A program made the position numbers and the translations under genes. A stretch of 64,000 nucleotides of DNA from Podarcis pityusensis (taxonomy: Eukaryota). Shown here in pieces: positions 1 to 13,339 of this stretch; positions within the stretch are counted from its first letter, which is position 1; each line of letters begins with the position of its first letter. The notes beneath the pieces are model-generated. The model searched no databases and was not told the DNA's origin. It worked only from the letters and a program-made list of their open reading frames with translations. The DNA lies in the NCBI GenBank assembly GCA_964106645.2, contig OZ067041.1; one strand, written 5' to 3'.

Positions 1-720
1 ACCCGCGCTTCCGGGGTCAGTGGGGGGTGAGGAGGTGTGGCTAGCTGCGGCTCCGCCCTCTCGAGGGGTTGCGAGAGGGGAGATGCTGTTGGCGGGAGGG
101 GGGAGTTTAAGTGGGGGGGGGGAGGAAAGGGAGGCAAAAGTTCTCTCTCTCTCTGAGGAGAAAAAAGAGGGCGCGCAAAAAATAAATAAAATAAATAAAA
201 GTTTGGCGGCGCCCGAGGGACGGCGCAGCCCTTTGACGGTCTACTTGGAAGTAAGCCCCACTGTGCTCAATGTGCTTACTCGCGAGTAAGCGTGCCCGCC
301 GTCCCTCCGAGTGTCTCCATTCGGAAGGGAGTAGAGCCCGGGGCTTGTAAACTCTCAAATAGAAGTGCTTGCGAGAAGCCGCATTTAGGTGGGAAGCAAG
401 GCCGGCGAAACCCAGGAGACGTCTCCTAGGATTACGCCTTGAATGAAGGCTGCAACCCGGTGCGCACTTTCTTCCCGCTCCTCGGAGTAAAGCTCTCAGG
501 GCGACTTACTTCCGAGTAAACCCGCACACACAAAAAATAACCTCCCTCCAGTGAGATTTTATTGTGGCGTAAGCCTTCTTTCTGAGGCGCGAAGTATTAT
601 TTTCATTTGATATAAATAATAAGTCGCGCTGAAAGACACATGCGCGGGTACGGAGAAAATTAAATTGTGAAATGCAGGGATAAAAGCGAGCTCGGACCCC
701 AGCGAACTTTTGCCAGAATT
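1..720 (+). promoter_or_regulatory. 3' part of a CpG island; likely exon 1/intron 1 boundary of a large gene
   Basis: High GC and CpG density to ~700, then CpG-depleted. ETS-type CTTCCGG at 8-14, GC box CCGCCC at 53-58, candidate donors GGG|GTCAGT (GT at 16) and GGG|GTGAGG (GT at 27). Confidence 0.75.
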
Positions 721-729
721 CCCACCATC

Positions 730-758
730 TATTATTATTATTATTATTATTATTATTA
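730..758. repeat. (ATT)n microsatellite
   Basis: Directly visible. Confidence 0.95.
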
Positions 759-3669
759 GTGTGTTGCTGTTACTCAGTCTACTCCGATCTAGCAGTTACT
801 GCTGCCGCGTTTGTATTGAAGCAGATGCCCGAGGACTTCTAAGCTTTTTCTTTCTGCAAATTTCCCTGGTGTTTCTGAGGCGTGATTTTAGGACGCTCAA
901 ATCTTTTCAGAGCGAAGTGCTTAAGATTATTCTCCTCTAAGCATATGGTCTGGTTAGGAGGTTAACAAAAACACACACAAAAAAAGAACTGCTAAATTAA
1001 TTTCCTAATTCCTCACAACAACAACAATAGGAGGGATTTAATTAAAGTTGAAAATGCGAAAAGGGCTCTTGTTTCCATTTGAATCAGGATTTTTTATATT
1101 CTAAATGATACCAAATTTTCAACTGAAGGCACGTAGCTGGTGCTTGGGGGTAGGGGAAGATGGGGTAAAAAAGCAGGAGTCCCTAGGTGTTAGTGGCAGG
1201 CACGGGAAGAGTTAAGGCTAGAGTGTGGTAAGTCCACCTTCTGCCACCTATTTAGCCACTCCAGGTCGAGTACCCCTTTCTGCTAATCTCCCATTGGTCA
1301 CCTGAGCTGTCGATTTAGCTCTGGAATCTATCCAGGAGCTGGAAATCTGCTTGCATTTGAAGGGCTGGGTAGGAGGCTATAGAGTGGGCAATGCCTGCTG
1401 TGGCTCTTTTCCTCTCTCCCTGGTTTTGGCTGTCTATAGGCTCAACCCTTCTTTCTGGTCCCTTAAACCAAGTCCTGCTCTTTCCCTCGTTTCTACCCAC
1501 CCATGTTTACAGAATGAGATTTTCCCAAACTCAAAAAAACTTCAATTCAGTGCTGAATTTGAGTGAGAAAGGAATGTAAGAATGCAAGAAGAGAAAAGAG
1601 AGTGAGGAGTTACAGGGGAAAGGAAAATGCTGAGCCGAGCCACATGGGTGGTAGTGTTTCAGAACTTGTAAGGAGGAGTCAAAGCTGGGCAACTTCACAT
1701 TGTCTAAGGGTGCTTACTGAAAGGGGGGAAAGGGACCAATATTTTCCATGTTGAGCCCTGAATGGGCAGTAATCTGAATGTAATTCTTGAGAAAGGGGTT
1801 CAACCTGAGATTCTATGCACACTTGATGGGAAATTTCTGAGAGGTTGCTGCAAGGCTCTTGGGGGGGGGGGAGTGCCACAAGACTCTCTTGACTGTTTTA
1901 GTTGAAAGTAAATTCCATTGAAGTCAGTGAGACTTGCTTCTGAGCAAACATGTATAGGATTGGGCTATAAATGGCCTTGCTGTGCAAACTGCAAAGACTA
2001 AATTTGGAAACAGCAAGGAAACATATTTTCAGGACAGTAATTAAGTTGGAAAGTTATCCACTATTATCAAGATCACAAATACAAATTTCAAATGATTTGC
2101 CAACAGGAAAAATCCTAGGTGCCTAGAAATTTGATATTCTGCTGGAGAAGAATTTGAAGTATTTTATGTAACTCACTTTATAAATACTGTAGATAAGTAC
2201 TTAATGCATATTGCACCCCAGTCCTAGCCATGTCTATTCAGAAATAAAGTCTATTTAATGTTTAATCCAATAGGTTTTACTGCTAGCAAGTGGGGCTAAG
2301 ATTGCAGCTGTCATCAACTTTTTTTCATAAAGAGTGAAACATGTTGGGTGTCTCCTCTTTTTTCTAAGAAAGCTTATGAGATTATTTTCCCATTTTATTT
2401 CTAATGTGTCATTCTTTTTGGATTAATTCATTTTGAATTATTTTGTGATAACTGATTTGGATTCATGGCTTCAGTAAATGATCTTTAGAAAGGTAAAACA
2501 AGTCCCTCTTTTGTACCACTCCATCTGTTGCCCCATGACTGTGATTGCTACAGTGTCATTAATTTGTAATTAATACCAGAGCTTACCTTTCAGAAGTAAA
2601 TCTTTTTCTGGCACAAAACCCATCTCTTTTTAAGAATTGGAACTTTTGACTTTGCTATATATTGCATCCTAAAAAATGTGGATGTGTGAAACAGCAGAAT
2701 TTAGGAAGGCTGATAGATAAATCCATTGGAGCCTTTAAGGAAGACTTAGTTGCCCTATAATTTGTGGTTTGGCTTGTTTATTTAGTCTGAAGCTGCCTAC
2801 ACATACAATTCATTTACCTTTGATATCAGAAAGTGGGAGATGGGGATCCTATTAATTAAATTACAAAACAACAACAACAAAAAACAAACCCTCAAGCTAG
2901 CCTTGGGAATCTGCTGACCCATCTCAAAGGCTAAAGAAATACATTTTGTATCTGTTATAAAACAGTGATTACTAGATCTTGTAATGAGTCCCTTGAATGT
3001 CAATAGTGGTATCATAAATATACACCTGCCTATTCCGACACCTATAAATTCTTGGTAATTTTGACCTGCCCGAATGGTGAAAGAAATCCATGTTAGTGAC
3101 CTGTACAATGGCTTTAAGGACACCTTAGAATCTTCCTTCATGGCCACAGAATTTATCTCAATGGGCATTTGTGCTTTAAATACCACAGTGTAAAACTTCA
3201 CCATATGCACACATATGTCTATTCGTATAATTATTTTCTCCTTTGCCAGCTATTAAGTTTAAATTCTATATAAACAGACGTCAGTATTCCCTTCATGAAA
3301 CATCTTTATTTAATTCGCATTCAAAGTCTCCTCGTCCAAGTGAATGCATTGAGTATATCCCCAAATGGTTAATGTGCTTCAAAGCCACCCATATGAGATC
3401 TGAAATCTGGTCCAGTGACCTAAGATATGTCTGAAAATGGGCCATATTTTAAAGATGGAGCAAGGAGTGCCTCTTAAGAGAAGTTGACATTCCAGCACAA
3501 AGCAAGCCAAACCACAAATGATATGGAAAATTGGGTGTGGGAGTTCTACTGCATTTTTTTCATACTTGAATCAGCCTTGGTAGAGATGGCACCTCTGCTA
3601 GGAGCCATGAACAATAATCTGTGCTGCAGAATGCAAACTTTAGTGTAATATACAAGTAATGACTGATAG

Positions 3670-3905
3670 TTTTTTTTCTCTCCTAAAAAGTAAGGGGAAA
3701 TATGTGTGCGTCTTATGGAGCGAATGCAGGCTGTGCAGCTATCCCAGAAGCCAGAACAGCAAGAGGGATTGCTGCTTTCACTGCGCAGCGATCCCTCTTG
3801 CTGTTCTGGCTTCTGAGATTCAGAATATTTTTTTTTCTTGTTTTCCTCCTCCAAAAACTAGGTGCGTCTTGTGGTCTGGTGCGTCTTATAGAGCGAAAAA
3901 TAAGG
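3670..3905. mobile_element. Truncated Tc1/mariner-superfamily (Tc2/pogo-like) non-autonomous element
   Basis: Ends in GGTGCGTCTTATAGAGCGAAAAATAAGG followed by TA, resembling a CCGTATTTTTCG-type TIR. The subterminal GTGCGTCTT motif occurs three times. No left TIR seen. Confidence 0.65.
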
Positions 3906-4318
3906 TATATTCTATGAGAAGACTGAGAATTATGAAGTGATTATGCTCGTACAATACTACAAGAAGCATGAAACACTAAAAATAGTGTCTAAACCCAGTA
4001 TCCCCATGAAGCTTCTCCAGTCTTTCCCTTTAGTCAAAGGTTGCCTCCCCAGCCCCCACCCACCCCTTGCAATCTTTGGAGGTAGGAAATGAACAACCAG
4101 AGCCTGACTAACCAAGTGAGTGTTGCCCTTGGCCTAAACAATTGTATGTGTATACAATATTTTACTGGTTTGTTTGGAAAAACAAATTGACAGTGTTCTT
4201 AAACACAATTTCACCATGAATGTTTAGATAGCTTTGTGGGGAAACAGTATAAATGTACTTATATATACTTTGTAGAAATGCACTTCTAAAATCACAAATG
4301 CTTGCTTCACATTCATAA

Positions 4319-4321
<3 letters not shown>

Positions 4322-4362
<41 letters not shown>
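4322..4362. repeat. (TA)n microsatellite
   Basis: Directly visible. Confidence 0.95.
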
Positions 4363-4364
<2 letters not shown>

Positions 4365-4681
4365 GTAAAAGAATTATTCATGTGGTGCACTAACTGTAGT
4401 GGCCACTCCTGCGTTCCCTGGACCCCCGCCTTTGGGTGCACACTAACATATTCATTGTTCTTAAAACTTTAACCTCTACTCAGAAATATTTTCTTCTGTT
4501 GCATTCTAAGTGTTCAGTTGTTCAACAAAAAGAAAGCAGGCAGTCTTTCAGAAGTAAATACATAGCTGCAGAAATTGTTTGTTGTCTCATAGCCATTTCC
4601 ATTCCTGTGACTTTGCAAAAGGTGCTTGGAGGGATTGTTTGTCCCCCCCCCCCCCAATATATGTTAATGGTTACAATACTT

Positions 4682-4780
4682 CACATCCTCCTGATGCTGC
4701 TGAACTACAGCTCTCACCACTGGCCATGCTGGCTGGGGCTGATGGGAGTTAGAGTCCAATGACAGCTGTTGGCTGCCCCC
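4682..4780. mobile_element. Decayed palindromic hAT-like MITE
   Basis: GATGCTGCTGAACTACAGCTCTC...GATGGGAGTTAGAGTCCAA hairpin. Related copies lie at ~52560-52667, 53090-53200 and 53267-53375. Confidence 0.55.
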
Positions 4781-6128
4781 TAATTTAAGGTGCTGATACT
4801 TTGATTCTGCATCTAGGCATGAGAGACCCAAAGCACACAAAAATCACCACCTTGCAAGTATTCATGCTGTACTACAGACAGAAACAATACCTCAAGGATC
4901 AAGCTAGGCCTTCGTCCTTGATATTCAGTAAAAATGTATCCATTTCACACATAGTGAAAAATCAAGAATGAGACATAAATTGCTTTTCTCTATATCTACA
5001 AAAAGAGCCCATATTGACTGAAACAGATATGAGATATGTGTTCCTGCAGTTTCCCATCAACATAAAGAATAGTGTGAGAAACTAGTTTGTTATGCCTTCA
5101 TGCAGAACATCTTCCTTTGTACAAAATATGCTACCTCATTCTTAGCACACATATGTATATTTCTCCCTTTCTTGAAAGTAGTTCCATCATTCAGAATGTA
5201 CAATTTGGGAGTGACGCAACAGATTGTTGCAGTGTGTCCTCAACCCCCCAACAGAAGCACACCTGTTCAGGCCATCTGCCAATAGGCTCAGGATAAGAGC
5301 TGGCTGCTGGTCCTAACCTAAACCTTTCTTGCTATACAGCTTGGTGGGGAAAACGAGGCTGGGGCAAAGAAAAGAGTTTTTTAATCTTGTGGTGTGCCTC
5401 CCCTAACCCTAATAATTGCCTCCAGGATACTCTCACCTGTTATGCTCTTAAGCAGGCCAATTTATTCTCTTTCTCTCAGCTGACAAAGATCCCATGGCTC
5501 AACTGCCCTTTAGCATGAATTTCATTAATAGACTTACATAAGTCGTATTAAAATGTGTTAAATTGTTTGTGATTCTCATATGCCACCCTTCCTTCCAAAA
5601 AAGGAGCCCCATAGTGGCTACCAATATATAATAGCACCAGAGCAGATTTTTGGGGCATAGAGGAAGGGGAAGACCTGCTGCTTGTGCAGCATTGGGTTCA
5701 ACGACTAAACACACAAGATGCTTATTAGAGAGTGTGCTAGTACTATCATTCAGGAGATTTCATAATGTTCTCAATGATAGTGGATTAAGTGATATTGTGA
5801 ATTGTTTAAATATTTTGTAGTTTGTTAATCATATACTCTTTAATCAATTAATCCATTATATTTAAATAAATTGGCATTTCATGAAACAATGAACATAGAT
5901 GCCTTTTTGATAACATATAATGTAATGTTTGTTTTAAGAAAAAGCTTATTCCTCATTTTTAGAAGACGCGGTTGTGTAGGGGACTCAGCAGAATAAAACC
6001 ATTCCTTAAAAAAGCAGACAACTGTGTACTTTAACTTTGCACCTCGCCAATGAAAATTTGTCTGCTTATTTTAAATGCTTGTTACAAAATTTAAAGATAC
6101 TTATTTAAAAACAACCAACAGACAAATT

Positions 6129-6622
6129 TTATACATGTTTACTCAGAAGTAATTCTCATAGAGCTCAGTGGGGCTTACTCCTAGGAAAATGTGTTTTGGA
6201 TTGCAGCCTAAACCCTGCGCACTTTGGGCACAATCTACCAGAAAACTGTACTGTGACATCCTCTTTGATTTGAATGGGACCATGCAAGTGTAGCAGTTGG
6301 CCTGGAAAAAACCCCTATTCAGATCACTGGGTTGCAAAGGAGAAGTTTGTGCTCGATTGTGCAGTTAGTTACAGTCTCTTCTTCAGCTTGGAAGTATCCT
6401 TCATTTTATACATAAGGAAAACTTGGTACTTTTAATGAAATATGTGTTTTTATTTATAAATAAGTCCCATAAAGCTCAGTGGCGTTTACTCCTAGGAAAT
6501 TGGATATGAGATTGCAACCTTACTCTTTAAGTCTGCAATCCTATACCAAAGTTTCCTTGGACAAAGTCCCATTTGACTACAATAGGACCTACATCTAAAT
6601 AAACATGTATAGGATTGTGCTG
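6129..6622. repeat. Cluster of three copies of a ~90-bp imperfect palindromic dispersed repeat
   Basis: Copies at ~6129-6208, 6440-6519 and 6531-6622 share TGCAATCCTA...AAGTCCCAT...GGGCTTACT...GGATTGCAGCC-like arms. Confidence 0.7.
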
Positions 6623-8175
6623 TAAATGATTTGTGGTTTAAATCCAGAGCATGCTGACTTTCATGTTTACTTCATCTAAACATACAGAAGTGTTTGTGGT
6701 GGAGACAAATCCTGTAAAATTAAGCCATTCTCTTTTGTAATACTTTGAAACAATGTAATGTAAGCATTTTTAGGCATAATAGGAATTGTGAGAGCTGGTA
6801 AAATGGACCAGGTCTGAAAGATACCCCAGAAGCTAAATTTCCAGATCAAAGGAACAGCTATGGGAAGAGGAAAAAACCTTTTATTTCAGAAATGTGATTA
6901 TTTACAGTAGAATCTTCACATTTCAATAGTCTTTGAATTTCTGAAGTGTATTTTTATATACAAATCATATCTTAAAATTAAGAGGATAAGGCTCTGCATT
7001 TCAGCAGCGATTTATGTCTCTTGGTCTGAATTGGCTTTGCAAACATTAATAAATTAAGGTGAAAAAGCTCATTGTGGTAGAAAATATCCTGTCTTAATAG
7101 ATGAGAAAACTTAAACATGAGAAGGTTAATGGCATTATTGTCTATGGATCTTCAATGCTTTTTGAAATTTAGGGATAGATTCTAAGGGGGGAAATGACAT
7201 CAATTTACTGACAGATGAATAGTACTCTACAACTGAAGTTGGCAAGCATCTTTAAATGGGATATGGTGATATGAAATCCCCGAGCATTTTTAAGTGTGCT
7301 CCTCACAATACCTTGCAACTTAAAAAGCACACCTTGACTCATACTCACATTGAATTAAGTCATCTGGAATTTTATTGTAGGAAATGAAAAAGGTTTCAAT
7401 ATTCAATGATCAATAGCAACATTGGAAATGAAGCAAATGGGTATTGACACTGTTCCAGGCTTGGAAATAGTCACTTGCCTGGTTTCCTACGGGAAGTAAG
7501 ATTTGCCTCCAGGCAGTTAAAGCCAGATGTGGCAACACTGTAAAAAATAAAATAAAAATGGGTTGGGGATTGTCTTGCTTCTTTCATGTCAAAATGAATG
7601 GCATATCCATGTGGGAGCAGGCAATGTATTAAACACTTTGGGGCCAGCCATTTCGTGGTTCTAATTCCAAGGTTGCAATCTTCATAATGGCAAAGTTGAT
7701 GACACGTAGCTGAGATTCTGGTAATTATTAGTAGCAGGGATGCTTCTGAATTCCTCGTTGGTCCTGATTTTAACAGTTCTCATTTACCTTCTCCTGCTTG
7801 TGGATTAGCACCAACACACATACATGCTCTCTCCCATTCTTGTAGGTTGGATTTTCAGAACCACTAAAATCCGTTGTGCATGCATTGTTTGCTCTTGAAA
7901 CACTTTCCATTTCTTCTGTTCACATATTTGTTTTTAATTTGGCTAAACCATGCTCTAAGCTTATGTAGACAATAAAACACAATTGGACTAGCATATCTGT
8001 TAGTTACCGTAAAGATGTAACTTATTAGTTCACATGTTAATGCAGATCCTAGTGTGGTGCCTCCTGTTCAAGAAACACAGAATGAGGTCTTTGCCTTTGG
8101 GGGCATGGTTCTCCTTTTAAAGTCTGACTGGGTTGCAACTGTTCTTCTGCTTCCCTGCTTAAGCCCTCTGTGACA

Positions 8176-8508
8176 CAGGGGCGGAGGAAGGGGGGTGCAG
8201 TGGGGGCGGGCCACCCCAGGTGTCACCACAGAAGGGTGTGACAAAATGCCAGGCAGTACTCATCGTGGGGCTTGCAGCGCGCCCAATTAATGCGTCTCTC
8301 CTGGGAGTGATGCGGTGGCTTGGGTGCCCGCAGGTTCCGTGCTGCCCCAAATGGTCCGCCCACCGCCTGCCCCTCAGCTGTAGGGTGGCTGAATGGGAGG
8401 AGGCAGGCAGACTCCTGGGAGGCCCCACGGAGCATCCTGCCCCGGTTTGCCCCGCCCCGCAGGCAGCTGGCACTGCCCCAGGCGTGCAATCAGCTTGTTC
8501 CAACGCTG
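8176..8508. mobile_element. GC-rich non-autonomous hAT element
   Basis: CAGGGGCGGAGGAAG...CTTGTTCCAACGCTG degenerate TIRs; 8-bp TSD CTGTGACA/CTGTGACT (7/8 match). Confidence 0.75.
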
Positions 8509-11500
8509 CTGTGACTTGCTAGTATTCATCTACTATCCACCCTATTCGCCTGTAATTTGTTTTAGCTGATCATAATACTGTATTTTACAATTGTTGTAAT
8601 CAGACCTTTGACCATATGGTGAAGAGTGGGTAAGAAATCCAGTAAGAAGTAGAATAGTATAGGCTCTGGATTTCTTTCTTTTTATCTACTCTGCTTGATG
8701 AACTCTAGGAAGCCAGAAATGGCTTTATGCAGGTGATTAGATAGCAAACATACACACAAAAACCCCCAATATTAATGTGCAAAGTTATCTGTGTGCAAAA
8801 AATTTAACACGAAAAGAATTGCAAGAAAGTGGAGTAAGAGTACATGGCCCATGTTCTGAAATGCCTTAATGAAATTGTACATGTAAAATCAGAAAACATA
8901 ATGTGGTACAAAATATGGGACAGAAGGAACCCATGGAAGAATTACAAATGGGGATGGGGAGTCAGTTCGACTATTGCCAATAATGTGAAAACGTACAATA
9001 GTTAGGTTAAACTGTACAGCAGGCAAGTGAATCTAAAGCTCCAAGGTGTCATTCCTCTCTTGGGATCATTAAACACATTCACTCCTCTTGTTACAACAAA
9101 AAAATCATACAAAGGGTTGCTTAGGCATATTAGATGTCCTTAGACACTTTAATAAAGCCCCAAATATGTGGGATGCTATGATTATGACTTTTTATTAAAA
9201 AAGGAGGGGTGAGAATCGTGTTCTTTTCAATTTGAGGCTGATGGTGCTACAAAAAAATACGTTGCAATTATCATATATAGGTGACACTGACTATAGTGTG
9301 AGAAGGAGAGGCCTGCAAAACGCTTTTGTTAAACCATTTTTCAGCACACAAAAGCACTTGATTGGCACTTCACTGATTTAATAGCCCATTTGTAATGCAG
9401 AAAGAACATCACTGAAGACTTTAGCATTATCCCAAATCTAATAATTGAATTTGTAGGTGCAAAAACCCAAGATTTCTAACACACAGGAAATCTTTCGGAG
9501 AGCATGAAACAGAGAAGTTGTGATTTTAATGTGTTGTATTTTATCCTTGTGGTTCTTAATGTAACAGACTGGGGAATTAGGAAATTTTGGTTTTGTTACT
9601 GCATGTTCTTCTGATGCCTGCAGCAAATTTGTGCTGCAATCCTGAATTCATTTACCAAGGAGTAAATTCCATTGAACACACATTGGTTTGCTTTAAAAAA
9701 AAGAAAAGAAACAAAAAACCAGTGGGTCCAATAATAAGCTGAAAACTTCACTGTCAGTTTATGAAATTGTAATTGAAATGTGAAAATAAGTCCCTTTTGT
9801 GCGAGATGGGATTCCAAGCCAGTTTGTTTCAACAGAATTAAATGGAATTTTTTTTTTCTCTGTCAGATGTTCTTAGGCCCACCGGTAATTTTGCATAGCA
9901 TGATTTCCCCCTCTTTTAACATTGCAATAATCCTGTGAGGTAGGAAAGGGACAAAAAAATACAACTACCAATATCATAATATCTTTATGCAGAGCTATGG
10001 TGCAGCCATACTGTGTACAGTTTTGACTCGGGCAAGAGCATGGTGCCAAAAGACCCGTTTCTTTCACGAGCAGCAGCACTACTGCAAGCGCTAGCGCTGG
10101 CTACAAACACCAAGCTCAGCAGCAGAGGCGCTGGAGGGGGAAAACAGGACATTCCAGGATTGAATCAGAAGCTGGGATGGCTTCTGTAATTCTGGGGTGT
10201 CCTGGAAAAATCAAGATGGCTGAGGGGTATGGGCAGTATGTCTCTGAACAACAGAAATGGAGAGCTATTGCCCTCCTGAGTTACCTTTGGACTTGTCAGA
10301 GACCGCTTTGGAAAATAGAATGCTGGACTAGCAGGGCTTTTTTTAGTTTGCATACTCTCAGTCTAAATTCTCATATTAAGTTTTGGGGCAGAGTCAGAAT
10401 TTAAATCCTGGTCTCCCTGCCATGGACCAGGTCTATAGCTATTACATTATCAACTTCCCTGGGTGAGAAAAGGGAGGCAGGCAGACAAAGACACATCTAC
10501 ATGGTTGCTCCCGAATCAGCAGGAAGTAGCTGCTTCCCCTTCTCCCTCTATACTTGCAAGAGCAAACCATTATCTGTGTGGACCCTCAGAATAGGGCTTA
10601 ATAGAAATAATAATAAAAATAGGCCTACTTATCATACATGCTGGAAGTGCAACAGAAGTGAGAAACTTCAGTCTCGCACATGTACACTAGTTTGTTTGGG
10701 GAGAAATTTTCTTTAGAAGCACATCGCTTGTTGAGATATCAGGTTTTAATTGGGCCACTAAAATAAGAATCGTGGTTGAGCAAGTGTTTCCTTAAGTACT
10801 AATAGTCTGTTGCCAGGGTACTCTATAAATACAGATTTTACTAAGGCATATAGGTCATAATAGTTTGTAATGGTTTATGTGGTGCTAATTGTATCATTAT
10901 CTATTAATACTATTAAACGTCAATATATACGCCTAACAGGATCAGCTTAGTTTCTCAAAATGAAGCAGACTATTTTTGTTTTGGCTGCAATAATGTAGGT
11001 GTGTTATTTTAGATGGGCCGCAAATGAGATTTTTAAATGTTTAGTTATTTATTTTTGTGTTCTTGTATACCATTTTTCATACAAAACAAATGAAAACAAA
11101 AAACAAGTGACTTCAAACCGGTTCACATAACAGCAAATAAATAGGAATCACAAACACAGACACAAAGAATACAATTAAAAACCAAGAAAATCATGATGAT
11201 CTTTATAAAACGCAGAAGGACTAGAGGTTGGAAAGTAGGGGTTGGGGAAGAGTCAAATTAAACTGGGACAGATTGGAAGCACAAACAAGTTTTTGCCATG
11301 TGTTTGAAGCCCATCAGTGTCATGAACATCCTCACCTCCACAGGAAGGAAGTTTTGCCAAGTTTCTAAATCAAAACCTATTCTTTTTGTGTTGTGTGATT
11401 CCTGCAGCACTCTATTCAGAGTCCTGATGCTGCTGATGCTAGTTTATACTTATTTTTATAGTTTGTGCTTTTCACGTGCTTTTGAATTGGGTTCTCCCTC

Positions 11501-11578
11501 CCCCATTGCCTGCTCATTGGTGAATATGCAAGGTGTTGCTGTCATTTTTTAAACTCCCATAAAAACAAATACTGTATA

Positions 11579-11765
11579 CAGTCATACCTCGGATTACGAT
11601 CGCTGCGGGTTGCGTGTTTTCAGGTTGCAGACCGCGCCGAACCCAGAAGTACCGGAATGGGTTACTTCCAGGTTTCGGTGCTCGCGGATGAGCAAAAGCA
11701 CAAAATGACATCACACGCATGCACAGACGCGGTGCTTCAGGCTACGAACGCTGCGGGTGTGACTG
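11579..11765. mobile_element. Tigger/pogo-like MITE, internally deleted
   Basis: TA|CAGTCATACC...GGTGTGACTG|TA; shares the GAAGTACCGGAA.GGGTTACTT core with the 13093 and 55978 copies. Confidence 0.8.
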
Positions 11766-12590
11766 TACTGTAACTAACTCTAACTGTACTATTTTCAAAG
11801 TGCACAAATCACATTAACCCAAACTATAAATAAAAAAAAAACCAGGAACTTACTGGCACTCAGTTTCTGGCTCCTTTTTAAACATTTAAAATATGTTTGA
11901 TTTCTTTCTTGTAGCTCCTGCTACTTGTGCCCACCTCTTGTGACAGTATTTTAGACTGGCTTCCCACAAGAGCTTACAAATCAAGCAGGTTAATGTCTTC
12001 ATTAAAACTGAATTGCAGTTTACTTTGGGAAAAAAACATATTTAATATTTCAAGATATTGAACACTAAACTACTATTAAGCTTTAACTAATGCATTTACT
12101 TTGCTGACACTTACTCTCCGATGGGACATGTAGCTCAAGTTAATGTCACTAGAAGTGATGTTTAGGGCTTCGGGAGACTGTTTCAAACCCACTCTTAGAT
12201 GATTTTACTTTCAAACCCACTCTCTGCACTTGAGAAAAAGTTTTAAATAAGTGATCCCACTTCTTCACCAGCCCTATTTTAGAAACACAGTCAGTGCTGT
12301 CCCTTGTACTGCCTACACATAATGGTTCAAGACGTATAGGGGGCATATAAAACAATATGGGGAGGGAGGGTAGTTAGTTTTTGGATTTTGAGGAAATAAT
12401 TAGTGGCAATTGACAGGGTAAAAAAAGGATGTTACATTGCACCAAGAAGAATTAAATCCGTATGTTTGCAAGACTGACACTTGTCCTAGTCAGGAAGCTT
12501 GAATGGCATTCTGTGGGAAAAGCATTCTCCCCATTACCTGCCCAAGTTCCATGCAAGTCTTCTGGGGTATAGGGATGCGTGTTTTAAGTA

Positions 12591-12916
12591 CAGTGGTACC
12601 TTGGTTTCCCCAGAGTGGCTGGGGAAACTCAGCCAGATGGAAGGGGTATAAATTAATTATTATTATTATTACTATTATTATTATTATTAATTATTACAAC
12701 CATAATCCATTTCAGAGGTCCGCTTGTAAACCTAAACAGGTTGTAACCCAAGGTGCGCTTTCACCAATGGGGCCTCCAAAAAAAATTTGTTCATAATCCC
12801 CCCGCCCCCAAAAAACGGGTTGTAATCCAAAAAAAGGTTGCAAACCAGGACACACACTTGCGGGTTTGACATGTTTGTAATCCAGAACGTATGCAAACCA
12901 AACCAAGGCACCACTG
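12591..12916. mobile_element. Tigger/pogo-like MITE interrupted by a LINE tail
   Basis: TA|CAGTGGTACCTTGGTTT...AAACCAAGGCACCACTG|TA. Confidence 0.85.
12608..12695 (+). mobile_element. Extremely 5'-truncated LINE (probably L2) 3' end with (ATT)n tail, nested in the MITE
   Basis: CCCAGAGTGGCTGGGGAAACTCAGCCAGATGG..GGGGTATAAAT then (ATT)n, splitting the MITE just inside its left TIR. Confidence 0.7.
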
Positions 12917-13092
12917 TATCTTCTGTTTCAACAGATAGATTTTAAAGGAATTTCAGGGTTACACTTTTTTCTTTATTTCTTCATAGGTTGTCAGGCTTGG
13001 CTCAAATGTGCACAGCAAGAAAATAGGTGCAAGCTATGTTAGGCACGGCAAGTGAGACCTTGTACAGTGCCTAGAGGCAGCCCTGTCAAGTA

Positions 13093-13339
13093 CAGTCATA
13101 CCTCATGTTACGTACGCTTCATACGATGTTCTTTCAGGTTACGTCCTGCGGCGACCTGGAAGTACCGGAAAGGGTTACTTCTGGGTTTTGCCGCTCACGC
13201 ATGCGCAGAAGCGCAAAATGACATTACGCGCATGCGCAGAAGCGGTGAATCGCAGCCCGCGCGTGCACAGACACACCTCTGCAGGTTGCGTCCTTTTCAT
13301 GTTGTGAACGGATCCCGTTCACAACCAGAGGTACCACTG
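13093..13339. mobile_element. Tigger/pogo-like MITE
   Basis: TA|CAGTCATACCTC...GAGGTACCACTG|CA; CpG-rich interior. Confidence 0.85.

Noticed and set aside
20-358. ORFs in the CpG island
   Set aside because: Non-ATG starts, low complexity, overlap with repeat copies, no recognisable protein.
8159-8522. Four overlapping ORFs (also 46300-46842)
   Set aside because: They lie within TSD-bounded GC-rich hAT elements; stop-poor composition, no transposase motifs.
11915-11988. Possible 74-nt exon
   Set aside because: Weak donor GTTAAT and no recognisable peptide.
12988-13051. Possible exon after a strong acceptor
   Set aside because: Mediocre donor, wedged between MITEs; indistinguishable from a pseudo-exon without RNA data.
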